DNA of 64,000 nucleotides from an uncultured Chthonomonadaceae bacterium (GCA_963835065.1 CAWIEK010000057.1:32001-96000); one strand, 5' to 3'; positions 1 through 10,408 are shown, counted from the stretch's first letter. The notes: generated by a model from the sequence alone, not told the origin. Translations and numbers: made by a program.

Positions 1-1186
1 TGCCGATTGTCGTGTCTGTCGTGATACGCTGATCCAGCACGTACAGGTATTTGTTGGTGGATTCCAGCGCCAGCCGGAAGGCTCCGGCAGGTCCGGCGAA
101 CTTGTTGCCCGGATCGGTAATCGGCGTCAGGGACAGGTGGAACACTTCGGTGGGATTGAGCGGATCGTCCAGGTTGTAGGTGGACACGCTGTTGTCGAAA
201 GCGTCCGTCACGTACAGCCAGTTCGCAGTCGGGTCCACAATGGACCAGCAGGGCGCAGCGCCGGAGTTCTGGATGGCGCGCAGGAAGGTCAGCTCGCCCT
301 TATCGTCGTACACGTACACGCCGATCTGATCGTAGGTGACGAAGTTGACGTACAGCACCGGGAACGTTGGGTGGATGGCGGCATTAAGCGGCAGATTGCC
401 CGCGTCCGGCAGGAACGCATTGGTTGGCGGGGTGTAGACGGGCAGCTTGCGGGGCGAACCCGGCGCGGCCACCAGCTTGCCGTTGTTCTTTATTTTGAAG
501 GCATCCAGCGCGCCGCCGAATAACTGTGTGCCGAACAGCAGGGAGCCATCCGGCGAAGGGAGGGCAATCGTGGGCGAGGAGCCTGCGGCGATTTCCACCG
601 TCGAACCCGCAAGCGGCGAAATCGCGCCGTTGTTGGCGACTTTGAAGACCGTATAATTGGGCTTCACGGTTGTCGCGCGGCCCGGGTCGCCGCTCTTGTT
701 TACGACATACAGGTAGCCGTTCACGAGCGCCAGGCTGACGGGATTGTTGCCGCCACACGCGAAGGGAGAACCCGGCACTTTCGTCAGACTGCCGTCGGTG
801 TCAATGCGGAACACGGCAATGGTATCGCTGCCGGGATTGACGCAGTACAGGAACTTCTTGTCCGCGCTGACAATCAGGTCGCGGTCGGCGTCGTTGGGGC
901 CGATAATCTGGCCGGGGTTGCCGACGCCGGTTCCGCCGGTGAGATAGGACGCGAGCGGGGTCAGGCTGCCATCGTTTTCGCGGTGATAGGCCAGAATCTC
1001 GTTCTTGTTGGCGTTAGGGTTGTTGGTACAAACGTAAACGATGACGTTGGGTTTGGCGGCATAGGCGGGCCTGGCGGAAAAGGCTGCCGATACCATCACG
1101 GCGAACAGGGTCACGAGGGTAAACAGAAACCGATTTGCGCATACGCGCCCTCCAGCGCGACTTGCGACGTTGCAATGCTGCTGCAT
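1..1186 (-). CDS. Secreted lactonase-family beta-propeller protein (6-phosphogluconolactonase-like); 3' end runs off the window
   Basis: Translated by hand: MQQHCN...FLFTLVTLFAVMVSAAFSARPAYA|AKPNVIVYVCTNN...DKKFLYCVNPGSDTIAVFRIDTDGSLTKVPGSPF. Signal peptide plus propeller blades; GGAAGGA upstream of the ATG. Confidence 0.7.
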   Translation of the reverse strand, partial: MQQHCNVASRAGGRVCANRFLFTLVTLFAVMVSAAFSARPAYAAKPNVIVYVCTNNPNANKNEILAYHRENDGSLTPLASYLTGGTGVGNPGQIIGPNDADRDLIVSADKKFLYCVNPGSDTIAVFRIDTDGSLTKVPGSPFACGGNNPVSLALVNGYLYVVNKSGDPGRATTVKPNYTVFKVANNGAISPLAGSTVEIAAGSSPTIALPSPDGSLLFGTQLFGGALDAFKIKNNGKLVAAPGSPRKLPVYTPPTNAFLPDAGNLPLNAAIHPTFPVLYVNFVTYDQIGVYVYDDKGELTFLRAIQNSGAAPCWSIVDPTANWLYVTDAFDNSVSTYNLDDPLNPTEVFHLSLTPITDPGNKFAGPAGAFRLALESTNKYLYVLDQRITTDTTIG

Positions 1187-1221
1187 GTTTTGATCCTTCC
1201 TTGAGTGACTCTTGCGGAGAC

Positions 1222-1277
1222 ACTCTCCTGGAGTAACTTTCTTGAAGTAACTTTCTTGAAGTAACTCTCCTGGCGTA
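1222..1277. repeat. Four tandem 14-bp units (ACTYTCYTGRAGTA-like)
   Basis: actctcctggagta/actttcttgaagta/actttcttgaagta/actctcctggcgta. Confidence 0.85.
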
Positions 1278-1456
1278 TTTCTCTTCCCGGCGTCAGCGCC
1301 GAAAAGTGGTCTGTAGAACCGCGTCAGACGGCGGTTCTTTTTTAACGGCCCTGCCCAACTTCGCGCAGGCTGTCAAATTGGCGCGGCGTCAAAGCGCCGC
1401 GATACGAACAGGGCTGTCGAACGCGGAATGACAGGGTCCTGCTCGAAAACTGAAGA

Positions 1457-2305
1457 TTAACGAACCTGTCTGCGGCGGCGAGCGAGCAAACCCATCCCGA
1501 ACGCGCCCAGGCCGGCAAACAGGGCGCAGGCGGAGGGTTCCGGGACGGCTGCGCCCCTGCTGCGCGCGACGAAATTCTCAAACAAGATCGCGTTGTTCTT
1601 GTTGCCCGCATACGTCGCGGGCGGAACAAGCAGGTTCGTGAACAGCACGTCTGTGGCAATCAGGACGCTTCCGGCTCCCGGCCCCAACGCCTCCGGCTCG
1701 ATTTCTCCGAGTTCGGCGATTTTGTGGTTGGCTCCGAGGATCGTGGTGTGGCTGCCCGGAGTCAGGGTTTCCGCTTCCGTAGACGCGAACCGGACGCCGA
1801 AATCAAGCGCGCCGAACGGCCCCTGCGTTGCCAGCCCCGAACCCTTGATTTTGCCTGATTTTGCCCTTTGCGCCCCACCCGAAGGATTGCCGATCTTGCC
1901 GCCGTCCAGCGCCTTCACCAGTTTGTTCGCGCCGAGAAAGGAAAGCGTATCCGAAGTGATAATCAGGCTGTTGCCGGACAGCACGAAATTACGTAGCGCG
2001 CTTACTTCGGCGTTGGAAAGCGAGTCGGCTTCCGCCACAATGAAAACATCAATGCCGCTCAGGGAGGCCGTATTCGCCTTCTTAATATCCGGCGCAAACG
2101 TCACGGTTTCCGGCATCAGCCCCGCCGACCCAAAATTAGCCGGGTTTGCAAGGTCAGCGCGAATGTTGGAGTAGGCGCTGCCGGAAAAGGGGCGCGGCGT
2201 ACGCGAAGCATCAAAAGAGCCGAAAACAATCTGCGCTTGCGCACAGGAGGAAACAATCCCTGTGAGAAGGATGCCAAGTGACCATCCATAAAAGCGAATC
2301 CGCAT
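1457..2305 (-). CDS. PEP-CTERM sorting-domain secreted protein
   Basis: Signal peptide MRIRFYGWSLGILLTGIVSSCAQA; C-terminal VPEPS-hydrophobic-RRRR; AGGAGGAG RBS. Confidence 0.85.
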   Translation of the reverse strand: MRIRFYGWSLGILLTGIVSSCAQAQIVFGSFDASRTPRPFSGSAYSNIRADLANPANFGSAGLMPETVTFAPDIKKANTASLSGIDVFIVAEADSLSNAEVSALRNFVLSGNSLIITSDTLSFLGANKLVKALDGGKIGNPSGGAQRAKSGKIKGSGLATQGPFGALDFGVRFASTEAETLTPGSHTTILGANHKIAELGEIEPEALGPGAGSVLIATDVLFTNLLVPPATYAGNKNNAILFENFVARSRGAAVPEPSACALFAGLGAFGMGLLARRRRQVR

Positions 2306-2375
2306 TGAGACACTCCTCCTGCGATAAGAACATAGATGTGTAATGGAAAGTTCACATCTATTCAGATATTTATAT

Positions 2376-2391
2376 TGCAAGATTCATGCCA
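2376..2391 (-). promoter_or_regulatory. Putative sigma54 (-24/-12) promoter
   Basis: Minus strand TGGCAtgaatcTTGCA (GG-N10-GC), about 70 bp upstream of the PEP-CTERM gene. Confidence 0.6.
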
Positions 2392-2610
2392 AAACGCGCA
2401 TTTTTACCTGTCTAACCTGATTAAATTAGATTTAACGGGTTAAAATTACTCTTTAAGCGTAAATTATAGTATTCTTATCAGGTAGGTTTTTATAAGCGCC
2501 TGCCCGTTCTATAGGCTGAAATCACGAGAACAACGCTGTTGTCAGAAATCAGCCCTGCAAAAAAGATCAGGCAAAAAGGATCAGGCAAACTCGCTGAACG
2601 CTGCCTGCTT

Positions 2611-3024
2611 TCAGGAACGGTAGCGGCGTTCGGCTTCCTGTATGGGCATGTCGTTGATGCTGGCGTCCCGGCGCTGCATCAAGCCGTTTTCGGCAAATTC
2701 CCAATGCTCGTTGCCATGCGAACGATACCATTGCCCGGCAGCGTCGTGCCACTCGTACTCGAACCGCACCGAAATGCGGTTTCCTGTGAAGCACCACAGT
2801 TCTTTTTTCAGGCGATAATCCAGTTCCTTCGCCCATTTGCGGCGCAGAAAGGCTTTGATCGCTTCGCGCCCCTGAAAAAACTCGTCACGGTTGCGCCAAT
2901 GGCTGTCTTCGGTGTAAGCAAGGGCGACGCGCTCCGGGTCGCGCGTATTCCAGGCGTCTTCGGCGGCCTGCACTTTGGCGCGCGCCGTTTCCGCGGTGAA
3001 AGGTGGATAAATGATAGTAGACAT
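2611..3024 (-). CDS. DUF1348 / NTF2 (SnoaL-like) family protein
   Basis: [24 protein letters not shown]...WRNRDEF...GNEHWEF...RRDASIND family signature. Confidence 0.9.
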   Translation of the reverse strand: MSTIIYPPFTAETARAKVQAAEDAWNTRDPERVALAYTEDSHWRNRDEFFQGREAIKAFLRRKWAKELDYRLKKELWCFTGNRISVRFEYEWHDAAGQWYRSHGNEHWEFAENGLMQRRDASINDMPIQEAERRYRS

Positions 3025-3121
3025 AGCGAATTTTGTCGAGTGAATGGGTCAAGAGCGTCGGGAAGCGGGCCAAAAACGCAGTCCGCTTCCTTTTCGCGTT
3101 GTTGGCGTTGAAGCGAACCTC

Positions 3122-3676
3122 TTATGCCGCTTGTGAATGGGTCAGGACTTGCACTTTCGGGAAGTCAATGTCGGTCTGCGCGGCGGTGTTGAAGTAGTTG
3201 GTGAAGATGTTCAGAGCGACATTGGCAATGATTTCGCCGACCTCGCCTTCCGTAAAGCCCGCCGCGCGTACCTGGGCGACATCGGCTTCCGACACCGCGC
3301 CGTGCCGGGAAATCAGGGTATGGGCAAACTGTAAAGCGGCCTGCGACTTTGGATCGGCGGCATTGCCCTGACGGCTGGCAAGAATACTTTCGTCATCCAG
3401 CTTTGCCATCTTGCCCAGCGCGGTGTGCGCGGAAAGGCAATAATTGCAGCCGTTCTGTTCGGCAACGGCCAGAGCGAGCTGCGCCCGCAACGCGGCGCTT
3501 AACGTGCCTTTGGCAAGCGCGCCGCTGAAACTCAGATAGCCTTCCAGCACGGCGGGAGATTGGGCCATAGTGCGCATCATGTTGGGGGTGATGCCGAGTT
3601 TGCCCTGCACAGCATCGAGCAGGTCTTTGGCCGTGCCCTGGGCCTGTGTGGGATCAAGGGCAGTCAAACGAGACAT
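3122..3676 (-). CDS. AhpD-like / carboxymuconolactone decarboxylase family peroxidase-related protein
   Basis: NGCNYCLSAH motif; C-terminal NYFN...DIDFP. Confidence 0.9.
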   Translation of the reverse strand: MSRLTALDPTQAQGTAKDLLDAVQGKLGITPNMMRTMAQSPAVLEGYLSFSGALAKGTLSAALRAQLALAVAEQNGCNYCLSAHTALGKMAKLDDESILASRQGNAADPKSQAALQFAHTLISRHGAVSEADVAQVRAAGFTEGEVGEIIANVALNIFTNYFNTAAQTDIDFPKVQVLTHSQAA

Positions 3677-3714
3677 AGGATAGCTCCTTTGCTAAAAGAG
3701 AAGAGTGCAGCAAA

Positions 3715-3800
3715 CTAACTGCTCATACAGTATAATACAAGTTAGGCGGATTTACTGTTAAATTTGTCACTAACCGCAAAATTATTTTTTCAAAGGTTAG
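3715..3800. promoter_or_regulatory. Two CTAACY-N19-RGTTAG palindromic operator candidates
   Basis: CTAACT(3715)-N19-AGTTAG(3740) and CTAACC(3770)-N19-GGTTAG(3795), in the divergent intergenic region. Confidence 0.6.
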
Positions 3801-3902
3801 ATTGAGCCGGAATAACGGAATAACAAAATTCAGGAAATCGGAAGTCGAACTCAGGAAAGTGGCAGACAAGATCAGGAAAGCAGGAAAGCAGGGGTTTATA
3901 CA

Positions 3903-4511
3903 GTGCAAGCAGGGACGATCCCGTTTTTGTTTTTGGGAAATGTGTTGTGCCTCGATTTTATCAACACGGAAATCATCGCAAAGGGGCAGCGGGTCAGTCT
4001 TATCAACGACTTTGCGGACTTGCGCAACTGGCTTGTTGCGGTGGGCGCGATAAGCGAAATGGAATTTGTGGCTGCGGAAGCCGCCTGGAACGGGGAGGAA
4101 AAGGAAGCCGCGCTGCGGGAGGCGTTGTCCTTCCGCGCGCTGCTGCGGCGCATGGCCGAGCAGGTAACGCAGGGCGCAGGCGTTTCCGAAGATATTCTCG
4201 ACGCCATAAACGAGCGCCTGACGGAAAGCAGAGGCCACGCCGGGCTGGTTAAAACCGAACAGGGTTACATTAAAACCTACCATTTCGCGTGGAAAACAAG
4301 CCTGTCGCTGTTAGCGCCCGTCGCGGCGTCCGCCGCCGACTTGCTTGCCGGGGGAGATTTGTCGTATCTGCGCAAATGCGAGAACCCGGCCTGCATCCTG
4401 TATTTTTATGATGTTTCCAAAAATCACAAGCGGCGCTGGTGCAGCATGAGCATTTGCGGCAACCGATTTAAGGTTGCCGCCCACTACAAACGGCAGCGCG
4501 AACAATGCTGA
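3903..4511 (+). CDS. ABATE / CGNR zinc-finger putative transcription regulator
   Basis: N-terminal LCLDFINT; C-terminal CENPAC..FYDVSKNHKRRWCSMSICGNR. Confidence 0.92.
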   Translation: MQAGTIPFLFLGNVLCLDFINTEIIAKGQRVSLINDFADLRNWLVAVGAISEMEFVAAEAAWNGEEKEAALREALSFRALLRRMAEQVTQGAGVSEDILDAINERLTESRGHAGLVKTEQGYIKTYHFAWKTSLSLLAPVAASAADLLAGGDLSYLRKCENPACILYFYDVSKNHKRRWCSMSICGNRFKVAAHYKRQREQC

Positions 4512-4554
4512 CCTGACATAGTTCTCAGCCCTCACCCCTCGTCTATGACTGGCA

Positions 4555-5153
4555 TTATTCCCGCGCCCCATGATGGTCTACGGGTACGAACTGCTTTTCC
4601 GCCATGATGCGCTTGACGCGCTCGTAGGAGATGGGCATGTAGTGGTGGCAGTCCACGCCCACGTCAAACGAAAGGCTGTTCGGATCGTCGGGCAAGGAAC
4701 AGTGACTATGCCCGTACAAATGCCATGCGCCGTGATGCGACTTGTTCCAAACCCGGAAAGCGTAGTGGCACAGAACGATGCGCCGCTTGCAATCCGGCGC
4801 GTCCTCGTCGTCCACTTTCAATTCGTAGTAGTCTTTGATCCACTCGAAAGCGTCTTTCATGGACTCGGCGGTTTTGTCATGGTTGCCGCGTATCAGGCAG
4901 ATGCGCCCGTTCAAACGGCGGCGGATCGCAATCGCCTGCGGCGTCGGCAGCATGAAAATATCTCCGAGATGATACACCACGTCCTTTTGGCCCACAACCG
5001 CGTTCCAGTTTTCGATCAGCGCCTCGTTCATCTCAGTCACATCTGCAAACGGACGCTCAGAAAAATTTGATTATGTTGGCGTGGCCGAAAGTGGCTGTCC
5101 GAAGTGAACCAGATTTGGGAACTGGGCTTCGGACAGGTATTACCTTGATTCAT
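4555..5153 (-). CDS. Calcineurin-like metallophosphoesterase (two apparent extra T bases near 5060-5090)
   Basis: IWFTSDSHF-GHANII lies upstream of the called ORF in shifted frames; HLGD, GNHD and HLYGHSH motifs. Confidence 0.85.
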
Positions 5154-5259
5154 TGGATTGAATCTCCTTTCACATTAGATTCTGCTGGATTTCTTCACGC
5201 CTGCGCCCGTTTGCTTTCTCTGTCTGCTGTAAAGACGATGGCGGGGTACAGACAATTTC

Positions 5260-6153
5260 TTATCGTTTCAGACTACGCGAAAAGTAAACTACAAAGCGCC
5301 GGAAGTTGCTGACAAACGATTTTCTTACCGGCTGCGTATTCGCGCCGTTCCCGCGGACCTGCTTCTTCTGGAAACGCCTGTATTCCAGCGCGCGCGTCAG
5401 CCAATCTTCAATAAGCGCTTCATCAGGGCGTAAAGCCAGCGCAGCGGCAAGCGCGGAAACCGCTTCACTTGAACGCTCATCCCAATCAAGGGACAACCCC
5501 AGCATAAAGTGACATCCTGCGCAGGATGGATCAAGCCGCGCGGCTTCACGGTAGGCCATTGCGCTCTGGAGGCTATCGCCGGATTGCTCCAGTACACAGC
5601 CCAAATGATAATAGGCATTGGCTTCATTGGGATCGAAAGAAATTGCTTTCCTGAATGCCTCGGCTGCGTTTTTGAAATCGCCTTGTTCTTCAAAGCACCG
5701 CGCAAGGTAGTAGTACGCGAAGTGATTGGAGGGCTTCAAGTCTATTGCGGCACGACAAGCGGCGGCGGCTTCAACAAAATTGCCTTGCTGAAACAGCGCA
5801 TACCCCAGATTGCCATAAATTTCAGAGTTGTTGGAAGCATTCGGATCAAGTTGAAGCGCTGTCAACAGTTCTGCGCGCGCTTCCGGGAACAAGCCCTGTT
5901 CCAGCAAAATCATGCCGGAATAATGGTGGGGGAGAGCGAGATGCGGATTTATGGAAGTGGCTTTGCGGCACATTTCCAGCGCGTCCTGTACGTTTTCCTG
6001 CTTGTTCAGCGCATACGCGAGGGTGCAATAGGGCTGTGCCAAACCGGGGTTGAGAGTCAGCAGCGCGTGAAATTGTTCAGCCGCGCCGCTCCAGTCATGC
6101 TGCTGAAGCAGTATAAGTCCCTGATTGTACATTGCCAGTTCGCGCGCATCCAT
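5260..6153 (-). CDS. Tetratricopeptide repeat protein
   Basis: Multiple 34-aa TPR units (YGNLGYAL, AYYYLARCF, AYYHLGCVL). Confidence 0.9.
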   Translation of the reverse strand: MDARELAMYNQGLILLQQHDWSGAAEQFHALLTLNPGLAQPYCTLAYALNKQENVQDALEMCRKATSINPHLALPHHYSGMILLEQGLFPEARAELLTALQLDPNASNNSEIYGNLGYALFQQGNFVEAAAACRAAIDLKPSNHFAYYYLARCFEEQGDFKNAAEAFRKAISFDPNEANAYYHLGCVLEQSGDSLQSAMAYREAARLDPSCAGCHFMLGLSLDWDERSSEAVSALAAALALRPDEALIEDWLTRALEYRRFQKKQVRGNGANTQPVRKSFVSNFRRFVVYFSRSLKR

Positions 6154-6341
6154 AGCGGTTTACCCCATTTAATCTCGAATGAAGTGTCTGACTTTTATTG
6201 CAGCATGTTACTCCGGTTTCAAACACGGCGCAGACGCGCCGACGTCAAATACAGTGACAGCAGTCTTGTCAGGGCAGGCAGGCTGTGTTATACTAACGCG
6301 GCAAGCAAAATAAAGTTACCACAAATCGGGAGGCGAGAACA

Positions 6342-6866
6342 ATGGCGGAAACGGTGATTAGCAGCGAAGAGATTTACAAGGGTAGGATCGTGCATCTGCA
6401 CGTGGATACGGTGCGGCTGGAAAACGGCAACGAAGCCAAGCGGGAAATCGTTTCGCACGGCGGCGCAGTCTGCATCGTGCCGGTCATGGAAGATGGAACG
6501 GTTCTGCTGGTGAAGCAGTTCCGGCTGGCGACCGGCAAAGTGCTGCTGGAAATCCCCGCCGGAACGCTGGAAAAGGACGAAGACCCCGATGCCTGCGCCC
6601 TGCGCGAACTGGAAGAAGAGACCGGCTACAAAGCCGCCCATCTGCGCCCGCTCTTCACCACCTACCTGGCTCCCGGCTACTCCACAGAACTCATTCACGC
6701 TTACCTGGCAACCGGCCTGACCAAAACCCAAACCCACTTCGACGAGGGCGAAGACCTGGAACTGGTTCCCATGCCCCTCGAAGAAGCCGAGCAGCGCGTC
6801 CTCGCCGGCGAACTCCAGGACGCCAAAACCATCGCGGCCCTCCTCGTCGCAAGAAGAGTAATGTAA
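6342..6866 (+). CDS. nudF: NUDIX hydrolase, ADP-ribose pyrophosphatase type
   Basis: Nudix box GTLEKDEDPDACALRELEEETG; LLVKQFR; DAKT. Confidence 0.88.
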   Translation: MAETVISSEEIYKGRIVHLHVDTVRLENGNEAKREIVSHGGAVCIVPVMEDGTVLLVKQFRLATGKVLLEIPAGTLEKDEDPDACALRELEEETGYKAAHLRPLFTTYLAPGYSTELIHAYLATGLTKTQTHFDEGEDLELVPMPLEEAEQRVLAGELQDAKTIAALLVARRVM

Positions 6867-7222
6867 CCACCCGCTGCGCTAGAGACACAGAGAAACAGAG
6901 GTTTCACAGAGGAAGAAAAGAAGAAAAGGAGAAGAGGAGAGAGGAAACCGCGAAACACACGAAATAAACGAAAAAAGAAGAAAAGAAAGAAGACAAAGCA
7001 AAAAGTTCGAAGAATGTTCCAAAACCGTTCGGCTTTTCTGCTTCCTTTAGCAATCCGGTTTAATCCTTGTAATCCTGTTAATCCTGTCTATTTCCTCTTC
7101 GCCTTTTTTTTCGTCTTGGTTCGTGTGTTTCGCGGTTCCCATCTCTCCTCTTCTCCTTTTCTCCTTTTCTTCTTTTCTCTGTGAAACCTCTGTGTCTCTG
7201 TGTCTCTAGCGCAGCGGGTGGT
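6866..7222. repeat. Family-A nested palindromic element
   Basis: ccacccgctgcgctagagacacagag...aaccgcgaaacacacgaa...ttcgtgtgtttcgcggtt...ctctgtgtctctagcgcagcgggtgg, between convergent nudF and cysH. Confidence 0.92.
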
Positions 7223-7230
7223 GAATTCTC

Positions 7231-7950
7231 CTACCGCGTGTGCAGGCCGCACTCCAGTTTGACGGAATTGGACCAGCGGCCCGCGCGCTCGTCTTCGCCC
7301 GTCTGAACGGCGCGGGTGCAATGGCGGCAGCCGATGCTTGGGAAGCCCTGATCGTGGAGCGGGTTGTAGGGAACCTCGTTGATGCGGATGTACGCCCACA
7401 CGTCGCGCTTGGTCCAGTTGGCAAGCGGGTTTACCTTGACGAGATTGAACTTTTTGTCCCATTCGATGATGTCGGCCTGCGCGCGGTCGGGAGTCTGGTC
7501 CCGGCGAATGGCGGAAATCCAGGCATCGTAACCCACAAGGGCGTTCTTGAGCGGCTCGATTTTGCGGATGCGGCAGCACTCGTCCGGCTGTGTGCCATAA
7601 ATCGGGCCACCCAACCGGCGTTCCATCTCTTCTACGGACTCGCGCGCTCGGACGTACTCTACGGTGATGCCGTACTGTTCGCGGATGCGCTCGCGCAATG
7701 CCAGCGTTTCCTGAAACTGGTAGCCGGTTTCCAGATTGAAAATGCGCGCGTCCCGCCCGCCGGGGATTTCCGACAGCATTGCCAGCAGGACGCATCCTTC
7801 CGCGCCGAAGGCGGTTGCCATCGTCAGCGAAGCGCCATAGGTCTGTACCGCCCACCGCAAAATCTCTTCGGGCGACTTGTCTTCAAACGTCAGGCTGAGA
7901 GCGTGAAGCTCTTCGGCGGAGTAGTGGGGTATGGTTGTTTGCGCGGCCAT
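7231..7950 (-). CDS. cysH: APS/PAPS reductase, 4Fe-4S APS-reductase type
   Basis: DECCRIRK, SIGCRHCT, ERAGRW, ECGLH. Confidence 0.93.
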   Translation of the reverse strand: MAAQTTIPHYSAEELHALSLTFEDKSPEEILRWAVQTYGASLTMATAFGAEGCVLLAMLSEIPGGRDARIFNLETGYQFQETLALRERIREQYGITVEYVRARESVEEMERRLGGPIYGTQPDECCRIRKIEPLKNALVGYDAWISAIRRDQTPDRAQADIIEWDKKFNLVKVNPLANWTKRDVWAYIRINEVPYNPLHDQGFPSIGCRHCTRAVQTGEDERAGRWSNSVKLECGLHTR

Positions 7951-7989
7951 GCGTGACTTCCTGACCTCCCGCGGCAACGGGAAATAAAC

Positions 7990-8019
7990 TTGACTAATCT
8001 GATAAGATTATAGTACAAT
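7990..8019 (+). promoter_or_regulatory. Sigma70-like promoter with an internal palindrome
   Basis: TTGACT-N18-TACAAT; TAATCT-N4-AGATTA at 7995-8010. Confidence 0.55.
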
Positions 8020-8076
8020 TGGCGCGGTTTGTCAAGACATTTTGCAGGGCAGGAACCAAAAGCGGGAGCCGAAAGT

Positions 8077-8625
8077 ATGGGGGCGCACAAGGGATTTATT
8101 TTGTGGTTTACCGGCATGTCCGGCGCGGGCAAGTCCACGCTTGCCGAACATCTGACGCAGGAATTTACTCAGCGCGGCTATAAAGCAGAGCTGCTGGACG
8201 GCGACGAGGTTCGCGCCCATTTGTCCAAAGGGCTGAGTTTTTCCAAAGAAGACCGCGATACCAATGTTCGCCGCATCGGGTGGGTGGCGCGGGTTCTGGC
8301 GCGGAACGGCGTGATTGCCGTGACCGCCGCGATTTCGCCCTACGCGGACATTCGCAACGAGATACGGGCGGAAACCGAAAAGGAAGGCCGCGCCGCGTTT
8401 GTGGAAGTGTTCGCCCATGCCCCTCTCGAAGCCCTCGTTGAGCGCGATGTAAAAGGGCTGTACAAGAAAGCGCTGGCAGGCGAAATAGCAAATTTTACGG
8501 GCGTGTCCGACCCCTACGAAGCCCCGCAAACCCCCGACGTCGTAGCCCGCACCAGTCAGGAAACGGTTCAGGAGTCGGCGGATCACATTCTCAAGTATTT
8601 GTCTGACGAAGGCTTGATTGGGTAA
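8077..8625 (+). CDS. cysC: Adenylyl-sulfate kinase
   Basis: [41 protein letters not shown]. Confidence 0.96.
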   Translation: MGAHKGFILWFTGMSGAGKSTLAEHLTQEFTQRGYKAELLDGDEVRAHLSKGLSFSKEDRDTNVRRIGWVARVLARNGVIAVTAAISPYADIRNEIRAETEKEGRAAFVEVFAHAPLEALVERDVKGLYKKALAGEIANFTGVSDPYEAPQTPDVVARTSQETVQESADHILKYLSDEGLIG

Positions 8626-8732
8626 CGCGACCTGCCCCTGATCTACCCTCGGTATTTTAGACCGATGGAAATGTTAGTCTCCGCCTGGTTGCGAGTGGCG
8701 AACAGTTCTCAAATAAACGCGCCGCGTCACAA

Positions 8733-8775
8733 ACAGCCGCCTGTCTCGTTCCCAAATAGCGAAGCAGGCGGCTGT
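8733..8775. terminator. Hairpin downstream of cysC
   Basis: acagccgcctg...caggcggctgt, 11-bp stem, no clear T tract. Confidence 0.35.
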
Positions 8776-8937
8776 CCCTCCGCCAACAAGCAGCATCCGG
8801 CCTGTGCCACAACCTTCTCACGCTCCGGTTTTGGATAGAGAAACATGCCTCAATAGCTGTTAGAAAAAGAGGTGGGAGAAGTTGCTGTCGCCTGAACGCG
8901 CCTTGACCCGAAGCGGTTTGTGCCGTATACTGACGGC

Positions 8938-10397
8938 ATGACCGACAACGCCCAACCCAACCCCGAACACGACGCCGAACAAACCGCGCGGCGAACCTTG
9001 GAACGCCTGCGCGACGCCACGCGGCACAGTCCGTATGAGAACAAGCTGTATCTTGTCGGCGGGCTGCTGCGGGATCGCGCGCTTGGCTTGCCCCCCGGCA
9101 GCGACCTTGACCTTGTGCTGGAGGGTGACGCCGTTGCCCTCGCGCATTTTCTTTATGGGTGCCGATTGTCGCGCCATTTTCCCGTCACCTATCCCCGGTT
9201 TGGAACGGCCATGCTCCACGTTGGGGTTTCCGACGACTTGGACGCGCCCGAAACCGCCGTAGAACTGGTATCCGCCCGCATGGAAAGCTACCAGTCCGAC
9301 TCGCGCAAGCCCGACGTGCGGCAGGGCAGTTTGCGCGACGATGTGTTCCGCCGCGATTTCACCATCAATACGCTGCTGGAAAACCTGCATACGGGCGAAA
9401 CGCTCGACCTGACCGGAACGCGCCCTGACCGATTTGCAGGCGGGTATCCTGCGCACCCCGCTGGAACCCCATGTCACGTTTTTCGACGATCCCCTGCGGA
9501 TGCTGCGCGCGGTTCGGTTCGCGGCCCGCTTCGGGTTTGAAATCGAAGCCGGAACCTGGCAGGCGATTTGTGAGGAATCCGAGCGCCTGCGCCCGCCGCA
9601 GATCGCGCATGAGCGCATCCGCGAGGAGTTCGTGAAGATCGCCAAACTGCCCGGCCCAAAATTTCGGCGCGGCATGGAACTGCTGCGCGCGTCCGGCCTG
9701 CTGGAAAAGTTTCTTGCGCCCATGCTGTCGATGATCGGCTGCGAACAAGGCCACTGGCATCCGTATGACGTGTGGACGCATACCCTTGTCGCGCTGGAAC
9801 ATCTGCCCGATACCGCCCGCCTCGAAATCCGGCTTGGCCTGCTCTGGCACGACTATGGGCAAGCCCCAAACGCAAACCCGAACCAATGACGCCAAAGGCA
9901 TCCGCTTTCCCGGACACCCGCAGGCCGGGGCTGAACTCGCCCGCGCCCTGATGAACCATCTCAAATTTTCCAGTGACGAAATCCGAGACGTGACCGCGCT
10001 GATTGCCAAACACATGCGCCTGGGCGAATACCGCCCCGACTGGACGGACGCGAGCGTCAAGCGCCTGATACGCGACTGCGGCTTTTATCTTGACGATTTG
10101 TTTATTTTAACCCGCTGCGACCAGGCCGCCGTCAACATTCCCGCCGAACAAGCCACTGATCTGGCCGCCCTCCGCGCCCGCATTGACGCACTCAACGCCG
10201 TCTCGAACGTAATGCAGATAGACAGCCCGCTCGACGGCAATGAAATCATGCAGGCGCTCGGTGTCGGACCCGGCCCGCACCTGCGCGACGCCAAAGCCTT
10301 TCTGACGGATGAAGTCATCGAAGGCCGCCTGCCGGAAGGCGACAAGGAAACTGCGCGTACCCTGCTGCAAAACTGGTGGCGCCAAAGACAAGGGTAA
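8938..10397 (+). CDS. cca: CCA tRNA nucleotidyltransferase / poly(A) polymerase family with HD domain (frameshifts near 9418 and 9855)
   Basis: VGGLLRD, DLDLV, RRDFTIN, DDPLRMLRAVRF, ERIREEF and LWHD.GK spread over three frames. Confidence 0.88.
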
Positions 10398-10408
10398 CGG
10401 CAAAACCC

